Source: an uncultured delta proteobacterium
Lineage (GTDB): Bacteria; Desulfobacterota; RBG-13-43-22
Direction of reading: 5' to 3'
DNA: 64,000 bases
NCBI GenBank assembly: GCA_963843145.1
Contig: CAWJJC010000006.1
Coordinates: forward strand, 64,001-128,000
The notes below the pieces were generated by a model. That model had not been told where the DNA came from. It was given only the letters and a program-made list of their open reading frames with translations, and did no database searches. This document shows positions 1-9,044 of this stretch, one piece after another (position 1 is the first letter of the stretch; every line of letters begins with the position of its first letter). The translations under genes were made by a program, and so were the position numbers.

Positions 1-999
1 GGTTCCTTTCCCGGGGCTTTTGGTAGTAAAAAAAGGGTCAAAGATTTTTGATAAATTTTCCGGGGAAATTCCGCAGCCGGTGTCGGTTATCGCTACCTCT
101 ATCCCTTGCGCTGGAATCCGGTTGGCCTTGACCGTGATCCGGCCTTTTTCGGGAAGGGCATCCACCGCATTATTGAGGAAATTCAAAAAAACCTGTCGTA
201 ATAAGATCCGATCGCTGGGAATCGAAGGGAGTTCCGAATCGAATTCCCCGCTGATTTTTATCGGCCGTCCTTCGGTTTCTCGAACCTTCTGGGCGATAAC
301 CTCCTCGAGCAGTCCGCGGACTTCCACTGCCTGAACCGCTGTGTCCAACGGCCGTCCCAGACGGAGCAGATTATGGGTAACTTCCTTGCACCGCTTGGCC
401 TGCTGAACGATCTCCCTCAGGGAATCTCGGAAGTCGGCTATTTCCGGAAGGTCTCGGCCCTCGGACCGGTTCAAGAGATCCTGCAGCCAGCCGGCCTCCT
501 CGCTAATCACCGCCAGCGGATTATTTATTTCATGGGCCACGCCGGCCGAAAGCTCCCCCAGGGCCGCTAACTTTCGGGAACGCTGCAGTTGCGCTTCCAG
601 TTGATTTTTTTCTTCCAGCAATTTTCGATATTGATTCTCGTCCTCCCGTTTTTTCCCTTCCTGCACCCGCCGCTGCGTGACATCCCTAAGCACCAGAAAC
701 AAAAGAAACCTTCCTTGATGCTGAAAGGGCGAAAAGGATAGGTGGGCCATAAAAAACTTCCCGTTTTTTCTCTGAAAATCAACATCGATTTCCGTGGTTT
801 CCTTGATTTTGGATAAATGGACAAAAAGGAAGCGCCCCCTTTCATAGGGGGCGCACAAGTCGCTCAACGTACGGGTCGACAGTTCCGATACCGAATAGCC
901 GCTGGCCTGCGCTACTCCCCGGTTCGCAATAAGGATGCCCCCGTTTTCGTCGGTAACCATCAAGGGCAGGGCCACCTCTTCAAACAATGTTTGAAACAA
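1..999 (-). CDS. PAS-domain sensor histidine kinase (NtrB-like), 3' end runs off the window
   Basis: Manual minus-strand translation gives a PAS-like segment, H-box LAALGELSAGVAHEINNPL, N-box QVFLNFLNNAVDA, and DTGCGI...KIFDPFFTTKSPGKGT. The start (TTG at 999 after AGGGGA) is uncertain; an ATG at 1039 is out of frame. Confidence 0.85.
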   Translation of the reverse strand, partial: MFQTLFEEVALPLMVTDENGGILIANRGVAQASGYSVSELSTRTLSDLCAPYERGRFLFVHLSKIKETTEIDVDFQRKNGKFFMAHLSFSPFQHQGRFLLFLVLRDVTQRRVQEGKKREDENQYRKLLEEKNQLEAQLQRSRKLAALGELSAGVAHEINNPLAVISEEAGWLQDLLNRSEGRDLPEIADFRDSLREIVQQAKRCKEVTHNLLRLGRPLDTAVQAVEVRGLLEEVIAQKVRETEGRPIKISGEFDSELPSIPSDRILLRQVFLNFLNNAVDALPEKGRITVKANRIPAQGIEVAITDTGCGISPENLSKIFDPFFTTKSPGKGT

Positions 1000-1077
1000 A
1001 AGATTCCCCTATTTTGAGAAAGGGCGCGTGTGCGTTCATCCTTATCGGACGGGTCGCTCGTGATTGGTCCCGAGACC

Positions 1078-1497
1078 TTATCCGGAGAGATCTTTCCCGG
1101 AGGCGCTTCTGATTTTTTCCTCGTGGGCGGTTTTTTTTTCAGAGGCTTGGTAAATTTTTTTTACCAAGTCCTCAATATTCGCCGGCTTCATAATATAATC
1201 GAAGGCGCCCAGTTTCATACCTTCAATCCCGGATTCGAGAGAAGCATGCCCGGTCAGCATGATCACCTCGATGAGGGGTTTGTTCTTTCTCATTTCACGC
1301 AAAGTCTCGATACCGTCCATTCCAGGCATCATCACATCCAGCACCACGACATCAAAGGGTTGATGTTCAATCCGTTCCAGCGCCCTGGCCCCGTTTTCCG
1401 CCCCTTGGGTCAAAAAATTTCTTTTCTCGAGGCGTTTCACCATGGTCTCCAAAAAATCATGTTCGTCGTCCACAATTAACAGTTTGATATCGCTCAT
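1078..1497 (-). CDS. Stand-alone response regulator receiver protein
   Basis: LLIVDDE, VVLDVMMPGMDG, MLTGH and KP receiver motifs. ATG at 1497 follows GAGG; ORF track starts at 1512. Confidence 0.9.
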   Translation of the reverse strand: MSDIKLLIVDDEHDFLETMVKRLEKRNFLTQGAENGARALERIEHQPFDVVVLDVMMPGMDGIETLREMRKNKPLIEVIMLTGHASLESGIEGMKLGAFDYIMKPANIEDLVKKIYQASEKKTAHEEKIRSASGKDLSG

Positions 1498-1701
1498 CTT
1501 AACCTCGATCATTTTGCGAAGGACCCATGGGAAATCAACGGTATTGAATCAAGGAAAACTCCCCCATTTCGAACAAATAGCATAAAAAATTTGAAAAGTC
1601 AGTTGAGAAACAAACGTGAATGGGGTGAACGGGAATCGGGATGCCCGCCGGGGGGCAGGGGGGGTTAATACGAAATTAGCCTCTTTGACCAGCAACCTGG
1701 C

Positions 1702-1754
1702 CAATAATCAATAATCAATAATCAATAATCAATTGTCAATTGATTATTAATATT
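1702..1754. repeat. AT-rich heptamer palindromic array A
   Basis: (AATAATC)x4, central CAATTG, then reverse unit GATTATT. Confidence 0.85.
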
Positions 1755-1823
1755 AGCCGGTTAGGAAGTTGTTTCGTCCCTTTTTTTCTGATCTAGGCGA
1801 GTGCCCGCCCCGGGTCTGGCGGT

Positions 1824-2561
1824 TTAATATAGGGGCAGGGCCACGTTCAAAAAACGGTCGCTGCCGATTTCCTTGAATTGCAGCCGCAGTTCTTTCCCTG
1901 AGGATGCTTCTCCCGGGAAAAAGATGAAGCCCTGGACTACTTCCAGGGGTCGGATGGGGCGGTTTTCCAGGGACTTGGTTCTTAAATCGTCGGAAATTTC
2001 CTGGTAGACGGGATGGGATCCGAGGGCCTGGGCGCCTCCGAGGGTCGCCCCGGCCGCGGCCCCTATCGCCGCCCCCTTCAAGGCCGCTTCCCCCACATGG
2101 CGTCCGGCAACGATCCCGATGGCGGCCCCGATCAAAGCCCCGGCGGCGCCGGCTAAAAATCCGGAAGCTGCCGCGCTGCTGCCGACGGCCGCCGGCTGGG
2201 CGCTCCGGGCCACCCGGTCATAGGCCAGTCGTTTGTCTAACACCGGCCAGAAATTGTTCTGCCTGTCCACCAGGAAAGTCTGGGAGGGGCTGATTTCCAG
2301 GGGATAATTTCCCTTATTGTCGATGACCACCTGGACCGGCATCAGTCCGGCTCCCCGGACATCGAACCCGAAGACCTCCTGGGCCTCATTGGGTTCCGGG
2401 AAGGCCTTGGCCCCGATTTCCAACCCGGCGACTTTGACCATATTGGGATAGGCGGCGGGCATCCTGAAAGGGACCACCTGCTGGGAATAGGGGCTGCAAC
2501 CCCAAATATTCAGCCCAAAGGCTATGAGAATAACCACGATCAATAGGGTTCGCCGGCGCAT
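1824..2561 (-). CDS. Glycine-zipper lipoprotein, function unknown
   Basis: Signal peptide with lipobox-like IWGC; GAAGALIGAAIG...GAAIGAAAGATLGG glycine zipper. Confidence 0.7.
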   Translation of the reverse strand: MRRRTLLIVVILIAFGLNIWGCSPYSQQVVPFRMPAAYPNMVKVAGLEIGAKAFPEPNEAQEVFGFDVRGAGLMPVQVVIDNKGNYPLEISPSQTFLVDRQNNFWPVLDKRLAYDRVARSAQPAAVGSSAAASGFLAGAAGALIGAAIGIVAGRHVGEAALKGAAIGAAAGATLGGAQALGSHPVYQEISDDLRTKSLENRPIRPLEVVQGFIFFPGEASSGKELRLQFKEIGSDRFLNVALPLY

Positions 2562-2596
2562 GGGATTTTCTCTTTCTGGTTCGGAAGGAAATTAAT

Positions 2597-2673
2597 TGGT
2601 CGGGACGACTGGATTTGAACCAGCGACCCCAGCGTCCCGAACGCTGTGCTCTACCAGACTGAGCCACGTCCCG
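2597..2673 (-). tRNA. tRNA-Pro(CGG)
   Basis: Reverse complement CGGGACGTGGCTCAGTCTGGTAGAGC...CAGCG-TT-CGG-GA-CGCTG...GGTTCAAATCC...CCCGACCA folds as a cloverleaf with encoded CCA. Confidence 0.96.
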
Positions 2674-2689
2674 ACCTTAACAAAATAAA

Positions 2690-3262
2690 CTACACCAAAT
2701 CTTCTCCCCTGTAAAGTACTTCCACGAAATTTTTTAAAATCCGGGCCGTGGCCCCCCAGATGAAATCTCCCTGGTACTCGACATAGTAATTCAGAAAGGT
2801 ACGCCCCCCCCAGGTAAAGGGGCCTTCTTTGAATTTGGAGGGATCCAACAGGATTTCCAAAGGCAGTTCAATCAGTCGGTCTACCTCAAAGGGGCTGAGT
2901 TGAAAGGGATAGGGGTAGGGGATCAGACCCACATAGGGGCAGATCTTGAATTGGGTGATGGTTACCGTATGGTCCAATTCGCCCAGGATTTCCACGGCGT
3001 CCATGGCCAACCCGATCTCCTCCTCGGTTTCCCGAAGGGCGGTGGTTAGACAATCCAGATCTTCGTAGTTAAACGCCCCGCCGGGGAAAGAGATCTGGCC
3101 TTTATGCTGGTCCACTTTTTCCGTCCGTTTGGTGAGCAGGATATGGGTGCGACGATTTTTTTGGAACAAAGGCACCAAGACGGCCGCCGGAGTGAGATCC
3201 GGACGATCTTCGATTTTTCGGCCCCGGCCCTGGAATGTTTTTCGCAGTGCTTCTTTTTCCAT
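2690..3262 (-). CDS. CoA pyrophosphatase (Nudix, NudL/PCD1-like)
   Basis: AAVLVPL, HKGQISFPGG, ALRETEEEIGL Nudix box, IWGATARIL. Confidence 0.92.
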   Translation of the reverse strand: MEKEALRKTFQGRGRKIEDRPDLTPAAVLVPLFQKNRRTHILLTKRTEKVDQHKGQISFPGGAFNYEDLDCLTTALRETEEEIGLAMDAVEILGELDHTVTITQFKICPYVGLIPYPYPFQLSPFEVDRLIELPLEILLDPSKFKEGPFTWGGRTFLNYYVEYQGDFIWGATARILKNFVEVLYRGEDLV

Positions 3263-3264
3263 GG

Positions 3265-4032
3265 TTAGACCAGGATTCCGTATTTCGCCATATAATCGTC
3301 GAAATCCTTTTTCAGGGACGGGGAGATAGGTTGCCGTTCCCCTTCGATGAATACCGGGATCTGCTCCGTGTAAAGGTAGTGCATCACCTCGGAAATGGGG
3401 GCTAACGAGAATACGGGCACGCCGGTTTTTTCGGTAAATTTTCTTATGGCGTCGACGCCCTTTTTTCCCAAAATGATTTTTCCGGACTCGTCATAACAGG
3501 CGGTGGTCTGCTGGCGGTCAACTCCCAGGCAGAGGCCTACGATGCGCAGGGAGATATTTTTAGTGACCGTCTCCTGATCAATCTTTTCCAGCAAGTCATA
3601 TTTGGTGGCCATGGAAGTCCCCACATCATCGACGATCCATAAACCGCAGCCGTCCGAGAAGGTATTGTTGACCATCCTGTTTTTTTGTCCGGAGGCCTCG
3701 CCGTAGGCTTTGACCTCTTTCCGGTCATATTCGAAAGACCGGTCCAGGCGATGCTCCAGCCAGAGATTGATGGCTGTGGCCTGAGCGATGGCGCTGCCCT
3801 TGTATGAGGGGCCCAAAATAATGTCCACCTCCGGCAGTCGGGTCGATTCGACCAGAAAACGGGCAAAAAAAGAACCCAACCGGTAACTTAACTTGCCGGT
3901 GGAAAATTTCCCCAGGTTGACGAAATAGGGACTGGGTCGGCCGTCCTTGAGAACCAGCCCCTGCCGAAAAAAGAGGCTCCCGGTCTCGACTAAAAAGCGG
4001 GCGAATTCTTGTTGAAAGGGTTTCAGGGCCAT
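3265..4032 (-). CDS. pyrE: Orotate phosphoribosyltransferase
   Basis: LKDGRPSPYFVNLG, GPSYKG, DRKEVKAYGE, PRPP-binding IVDDVGT. Confidence 0.85.
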   Translation of the reverse strand: MALKPFQQEFARFLVETGSLFFRQGLVLKDGRPSPYFVNLGKFSTGKLSYRLGSFFARFLVESTRLPEVDIILGPSYKGSAIAQATAINLWLEHRLDRSFEYDRKEVKAYGEASGQKNRMVNNTFSDGCGLWIVDDVGTSMATKYDLLEKIDQETVTKNISLRIVGLCLGVDRQQTTACYDESGKIILGKKGVDAIRKFTEKTGVPVFSLAPISEVMHYLYTEQIPVFIEGERQPISPSLKKDFDDYMAKYGILV

Positions 4033-4035
4033 GAG

Positions 4036-5073
4036 TTAAAACCTCCCGGTGATTTGTAGATAAAAACCGACCCGTTCGGATTTCGCTTCATCCAGTCGGG
4101 AGACGGTCGTGGTGCCATCGGCAATATAAGTAAGGTTGGTGCCGTCCTCGGCTTGAAAGAAAAAGTAACGGGCCCCGCCCTCAAATTCCAGATGAGCCCC
4201 AGGCCGGTAATACAGACCCAAGAGTGCCTCTCCGCCACCCCATCCGGTGGTTTCGGCCTGATGAACGAAACTGGGGGCCTGGCTAAGATCCGCCCTCAGA
4301 TTCCAGCGTCCTTCCCCCCGGTAATGGGTGTAAGGAAAAAGGGCGAAAGAGGCTTTGATTCCCATTTGTTGGAGCCCGGGACGCGGGGTCTTGATAAAAT
4401 CGATCCCGCCGGCCAGGCCGAGGCGCAAGGCCTCCCAGTTGAATTCGTAGCGGGAGTCCAGTCCTAGGATGGGCTGATCGGCGGGGACTCCCAGTAGGGT
4501 GGTCCAACGGCCGTGGGTCATTTTTAATTTTTCTCGGTATTGCTGCCAGCCGATAAAGGGTTTCAAATACCATAGGGTTCCGGAGGTGGAGGATATGGTG
4601 GTCTGAAGGTCGGCGGACCAGAAGGTCGTGTCAGGGGAAACGTCCATGAGCGCGTCGTAGGTTAACCCGCCGGAAAGATAATCGGCATCTCGGCCGCTGC
4701 CTTGGGTTCCGCTTCCTGAGCCGACGATGACCGATAACCCTACGAGCGATTGAGGATGCGAAAGGACCAGGGAGGCATAGGGCAGGGTGCTGTCCAGATC
4801 CTTGAAGTCGAGCACCGAACGGCCGGTTCCCTTAGTGCTGGGGAAGCTGATTTGCCAGGAATCCCAGCCTCTGGAAAAATAAGCCCCTAATCCGATCTCC
4901 AGGACCGGGGTGGGCCTGCCCCAGGTAAAAGGAAGAGGTCCCGGCGTTAGGTCAGCCGAATTTTGATCTTGGGCGAAGACCGTCCCGAACGTCACCAGCA
5001 CCAGCAGAAGGCCGAACCCGATGGCTCCCCATGATTCCCTGCGGCTTCTCTTGACTTTTGTTAATGGTCCCAT
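4036..5073 (-). CDS. Outer-membrane beta-barrel protein (omptin-like fold suspected)
   Basis: Signal peptide, alternating beta-strand pattern, GSGRDADY motif, C-terminal Phe (YLQITGRF). Confidence 0.55.
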   Translation of the reverse strand: MGPLTKVKRSRRESWGAIGFGLLLVLVTFGTVFAQDQNSADLTPGPLPFTWGRPTPVLEIGLGAYFSRGWDSWQISFPSTKGTGRSVLDFKDLDSTLPYASLVLSHPQSLVGLSVIVGSGSGTQGSGRDADYLSGGLTYDALMDVSPDTTFWSADLQTTISSTSGTLWYLKPFIGWQQYREKLKMTHGRWTTLLGVPADQPILGLDSRYEFNWEALRLGLAGGIDFIKTPRPGLQQMGIKASFALFPYTHYRGEGRWNLRADLSQAPSFVHQAETTGWGGGEALLGLYYRPGAHLEFEGGARYFFFQAEDGTNLTYIADGTTTVSRLDEAKSERVGFYLQITGRF

Positions 5074-5118
5074 ATAATCAAATTTTCAGAAAATCCATGG
5101 GTAGGGGGATCTTAAACC

Positions 5119-6282
5119 GTGCAATTGGGTTTAGAAGTCTTTCTGAACAAGCCGCCCCGAGAGCTGTTGAATAAACGCTGGGGCCTGCTCTCCAACCAGG
5201 CTTCCATCAACAGGTCCGGCTACTATAGCAAAGATCTCCTCCGGGGTAAATTTGAAAACAACTTGACCTGCCTTTTTTCCCCGCAGCATGGGTTCTGGGG
5301 GACGGAGCAGGACAACATGGTGGAAACCCCGGATGCCCGTGATTCGGCCACGGGTCTGCCCATCTTCAGCTTATACAGCCGCATCCGCCGGCCTACCGCT
5401 GAAATGTTGGCTGGGATTGACCTCTTGCTGGTGGACCTCCAGGATGTAGGCACCCGGGTTTATACCTTTATCACCACCCTGGCCAATGTGCTCCAGGAGG
5501 CCAAAAAGTTCGGGATAAAGGTAGTGGTGCTGGATCGGCCCAACCCGTTGGGAGGGGAAACGGTGGAAGGCAACGTACTGCAAGCGGGCCTGACCTCTTT
5601 CGTCGGCGTCTGGAAACTTCCGATGCGCCACGGCCTGACCCTGGGGGAACTGGCCGGGCTTTTCAATCAGGTCCTGGGGATCGGGGCCGATTTGTCCGTT
5701 GCCGCCATGACGGGTTGGAACAGGGACATGTTCTTCGATCAAACCACCCGGCTCTGGGTTCCCCCTTCACCCAATATGCCGTCTCTGGAAACGGCCGTAG
5801 TGTATCCCGGACAGGTATTATGGGAAGGAACCAATATTTCCGAAGGCCGGGGAACCACCCGGCCGTTTGAATATTTTGGCGCCCCTTTTATCGACCCCTC
5901 CCGGGTAACAAAACGTCTGAATGAATTTCCAATTCCCGGGGTGAACTTATTGGAGACCGCTTTTCGTCCGACCTTTCAGAAGTGGCAAGGGGAAGTGTGC
6001 CGCGGGTTTTTTCTTCAGGTCTATGACCGCCGGGTTTTTCAGCCTTACCGCACCGCCTTGATTCTCCTGCAGACGGTCCGGGAGCTGTACCCCGAAGATT
6101 TCAAATGGAAAGAACCCCCCTATGAATACGAGACCGAACGAAGGCCCATAGACCTGTTAATCGGGGATCAGCCTCTCCGCCTGGCGCTGGAAGCCGGACA
6201 GCCGGTTTCGGAGCTTGAGGCGACCTGGATGCCGGGGCTGGAAGAATTTGTAAAAATCCGGGAAGCGTTTTTGCTCTATTAA
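5119..6282 (+). CDS. namZ: Exo-beta-N-acetylmuramidase NamZ (DUF1343)
   Basis: FSPQHG, DLQDVGTRVYTF, VLDRPNPLGG, PMRHGLTLGE, SEGRGTTRPFE. Confidence 0.9.
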   Translation: MQLGLEVFLNKPPRELLNKRWGLLSNQASINRSGYYSKDLLRGKFENNLTCLFSPQHGFWGTEQDNMVETPDARDSATGLPIFSLYSRIRRPTAEMLAGIDLLLVDLQDVGTRVYTFITTLANVLQEAKKFGIKVVVLDRPNPLGGETVEGNVLQAGLTSFVGVWKLPMRHGLTLGELAGLFNQVLGIGADLSVAAMTGWNRDMFFDQTTRLWVPPSPNMPSLETAVVYPGQVLWEGTNISEGRGTTRPFEYFGAPFIDPSRVTKRLNEFPIPGVNLLETAFRPTFQKWQGEVCRGFFLQVYDRRVFQPYRTALILLQTVRELYPEDFKWKEPPYEYETERRPIDLLIGDQPLRLALEAGQPVSELEATWMPGLEEFVKIREAFLLY

Positions 6283-6914
6283 TGCGAGGTTATCATGGCT
6301 TGAAACGATCCGATCTGATTTTCGGGCTGACCCGGACGCTAGCCCGCTTCATTCTCCCGTTGAAGTTCAATATCCGCACCCAGGGCTGGTCGAATCTCCC
6401 GGAAAAGGGGCCGGCCTTTTTGATCCCTAAGCATCAACAATGGTGGGATGTCCCTCTGCTTGGCCAGGTGGTCCCCCGCCCCCTGTATTTCTTTGCCAAA
6501 CAGGAGTTGTTTCGCTCCGCCCTGGGTCGCTATCTCATCAGCCGGTTGGGTGGGATCCCGGTGGATCGAGAGTCTCCGATTAGAAGCCTAGCCACATTCC
6601 GGGAAATAGGCTCCCTGCTGCGGCAGGAAGCTTTTTTGGTGTTGTTTCCCGAAGGGACCTATTATCCCGGGGCGATGGGGCCGGGGAAATGGAGGCTGGT
6701 GCAAGTGATTCTGAGGCTGCAAAATAAACAAGCCTTGAGACCCGTTCCGTTTTTACCGGTGGGCATCGATTACGAGCGACTATCCGGGAGCAGCAGAATC
6801 CGGGTTACCTTGCGGATCGGTGAACCGCTCCAGGAACCGGACCCCTGCCGGGCTGAGGGGTTCACGGGCCATCTTTTGTCCCGGATCCAGGACCTGTCCG
6901 GCCTTCCATCTTAA
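6282..6914 (+). CDS. Lysophospholipid (1-acyl-G3P) acyltransferase family
   Basis: HxxxxD (HQQWWD), FAKQEL, FPEGT. Confidence 0.88.
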   Translation: MRGYHGLKRSDLIFGLTRTLARFILPLKFNIRTQGWSNLPEKGPAFLIPKHQQWWDVPLLGQVVPRPLYFFAKQELFRSALGRYLISRLGGIPVDRESPIRSLATFREIGSLLRQEAFLVLFPEGTYYPGAMGPGKWRLVQVILRLQNKQALRPVPFLPVGIDYERLSGSSRIRVTLRIGEPLQEPDPCRAEGFTGHLLSRIQDLSGLPS

Positions 6915-7007
6915 CCCGAACAAGAAGGAAGTCACCTTCCACCTTGACGCTTTCCCCTGGGGATAGGGTATAATCGATTCAGAAATAAGAAAAGAGTTTT
7001 AGAGATT

Positions 7008-7880
7008 ATGAAAAATGTTCGTTGGATAAGTTTGTTGTCCTGCCTCTGGTTGTTGGCTCTCTGGGGTTGCGGGACTACGCCGAAACCTAAAGAGACCAAA
7101 ACGTACCCCAAAATCGCCCTGGTCCTGGGTGGCGGGGCGGCCCGGGGTTTTGCCCACGTGGGGGTGATCCGGGTTTTGGAACAGGAAAAGATCCCGATTA
7201 GCATGATCGTGGGCGCCAGTGTGGGGAGTCTTATCGGCGGGTTGTATGCGGCCGATCCCAATAGCCTCAACCTGGAATGGCTGGCCTTTTCCATCGAGAA
7301 GGAGGATATTTTTGATTATTCCGTCGTTTACTCCAAAATGGGACCGGTCCAGGGCGACCGTTTGGAAAAATTCGTCCAGACCAAGGCCAAGGTGAAAAAC
7401 TTGGAACAGATGAAGATTCCCTTTTTCCCGGTGGCCACGGACCTCAACACCGGTCAGACCTGGGTCTTCGAGAGGGGTTCGGTGGCCAGGGCCGTTCGGG
7501 CCAGTTCGTCCATCCCCGGTATTTTCCAGCCGGTGGAGATCAACGGCCGGACCTATGTGGACGGAGGCGTTACGGACAACCTGCCGGTGGATGTCGCCCG
7601 GGCCAAAGGGGCGGACATAATTATCGCCGTTAACATTCAAAAGAAGATCGATAACCCTCAGATCAATTCCCTGATCGACGTGATTCTCCAATCCATCAAC
7701 ATTATGGGGCGAGAACTGGTCCTTTATAAATGCCGTCAGTATGAGGTCTTGATCGAACCCCCCGTGGGTGATGTGGGCCTGACCGATTTCAGTCAGAAAA
7801 AACGGTTGATGGACGCCGGCATGCAGGCGGCCCGGCAGGCCCTGCCCAAGATAAGAAAGCTGATTGAGGAGCGATCGTAA
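7008..7880 (+). CDS. Patatin-like phospholipase lipoprotein
   Basis: Lipobox LWGC; GGGAARG, GASVG nucleophile elbow, DGG. Confidence 0.92.
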   Translation: MKNVRWISLLSCLWLLALWGCGTTPKPKETKTYPKIALVLGGGAARGFAHVGVIRVLEQEKIPISMIVGASVGSLIGGLYAADPNSLNLEWLAFSIEKEDIFDYSVVYSKMGPVQGDRLEKFVQTKAKVKNLEQMKIPFFPVATDLNTGQTWVFERGSVARAVRASSSIPGIFQPVEINGRTYVDGGVTDNLPVDVARAKGADIIIAVNIQKKIDNPQINSLIDVILQSINIMGRELVLYKCRQYEVLIEPPVGDVGLTDFSQKKRLMDAGMQAARQALPKIRKLIEERS

Positions 7881-7961
7881 CGCCTTGTCGGAATAATTAA
7901 ACTCGCCAACCTGGGGGCGGGTACTCCGAAGCACGAAAATAGGCTTTAAACGGGTCGAGTC

Positions 7962-8104
7962 AGCTCGTCATTCCGGACAAGCGAAGCGCGATCCGGAATC
8001 CAGACCTCGGCCAAGCCTCCAAGGACCTGGATGCCGGATCGAGTCCGGCATGACGGCAAAAACAAATGCCCAAGGTGGCGCTTGATTTTATTTTCATACT
8101 AAAC
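7962..8104. repeat. REP-like double-hairpin element, intact copy 1
   Basis: GTCATTCCGGACAAGCGAAGCGCGATCCGGAATCCAG...CTGGATGCCGGATCGAGTCCGGCATGAC plus a ~45-nt tail. Near-identical sequence at 22871-22886/23979-24112 and 40469-40541. Confidence 0.85.
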
Positions 8105-8135
8105 CCGGGACGAATCTCGGGTTTAAAGGAGTAGA

Positions 8136-9044
8136 ATGCGTTTTCCGTTACATGGCTGGATTGGATTGGCGGCCCTGGTGGGTTCACAGACCGCTTTAAT
8201 TCTCCAATTTGATCCCTTGACCATTCATTTTTATTCATTGATCTGGTGGCCCTATATCTTGTTGGTTGATGGACTGATCTACTATCGGCGGGGTACCAGC
8301 CTGATCATGAACCGCCCCCGGGAATTTTTATTATTAATCCCTTGGTCGGTGGTAATCTGGTTAATCTTTGAGGCCTTTAATCTGGTGCTCCGAAATTGGT
8401 ATTATATCGGGGTCCCCCAAGAAATCTTCGTCCGTTGGCCGGGGTACTTTGTGGCCTATGGGACCGTACTGCCGGCCATTTTTGAAACCCGGGAACTGCT
8501 GGACGCCTGGCAGGTTTTTGGCAAAAGGCGGATAAGACCGGTCCAATTTTCCGCTTCCTGGGTTGCCGGTTTCAAATTCCTCGGCCTGGCCATGCTGTTA
8601 CTGCCGCTGGTCTGGCCTCTTTACACCTTCCCACTGGTTTGGGGAGGTTTTGTCTTTCTCCTGGATCCCTGGAATTACCGGCGGGGTCGGCCCTCCCTCC
8701 TCAGGGACCTGGAGGGGGGAACGCTGGTTAACTTTTATCAACTTCTGCTGGCCGGTTTGATCTGCGGCGGCCTTTGGGAGTTCTGGAATTTCTGGGCTCA
8801 GGCCAAATGGATTTACACCGTGCCCTGGGTAGGTGAAGTCAAATTGTTTGAGATGCCGATTTTGGGCTTCCTGGGGTTTCCGCCTTTCGCCGTGGAGTGT
8901 TACGTCATGGCCCATTTCCTGAAGATCTACGAAACGGATTCCAACCAAAAACAGTGGTCCTGGAAGGCCGTTCCCCTCTGGCTTATTATCTACGCCCTTA
9001 TGTTCTGGGCCATTGACCGGTTTACGGTCCGCTTCTATGTCTGA
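8136..9044 (+). CDS. Conserved polytopic membrane protein, function unknown
   Basis: Multiple hydrophobic segments; WEFWNFWAQAKWIY and FEMPILGFLGFPPFAVE motifs; GGAG RBS. Confidence 0.75.
   Translation: MRFPLHGWIGLAALVGSQTALILQFDPLTIHFYSLIWWPYILLVDGLIYYRRGTSLIMNRPREFLLLIPWSVVIWLIFEAFNLVLRNWYYIGVPQEIFVRWPGYFVAYGTVLPAIFETRELLDAWQVFGKRRIRPVQFSASWVAGFKFLGLAMLLLPLVWPLYTFPLVWGGFVFLLDPWNYRRGRPSLLRDLEGGTLVNFYQLLLAGLICGGLWEFWNFWAQAKWIYTVPWVGEVKLFEMPILGFLGFPPFAVECYVMAHFLKIYETDSNQKQWSWKAVPLWLIIYALMFWAIDRFTVRFYV

Noticed and set aside
6999-7934. Long antisense ORFs (also 50556-51521, 39455-40309, 56031-56840)
   Set aside because: They are shadows of well-supported genes on the opposite strand, typical of GC-rich codon usage.
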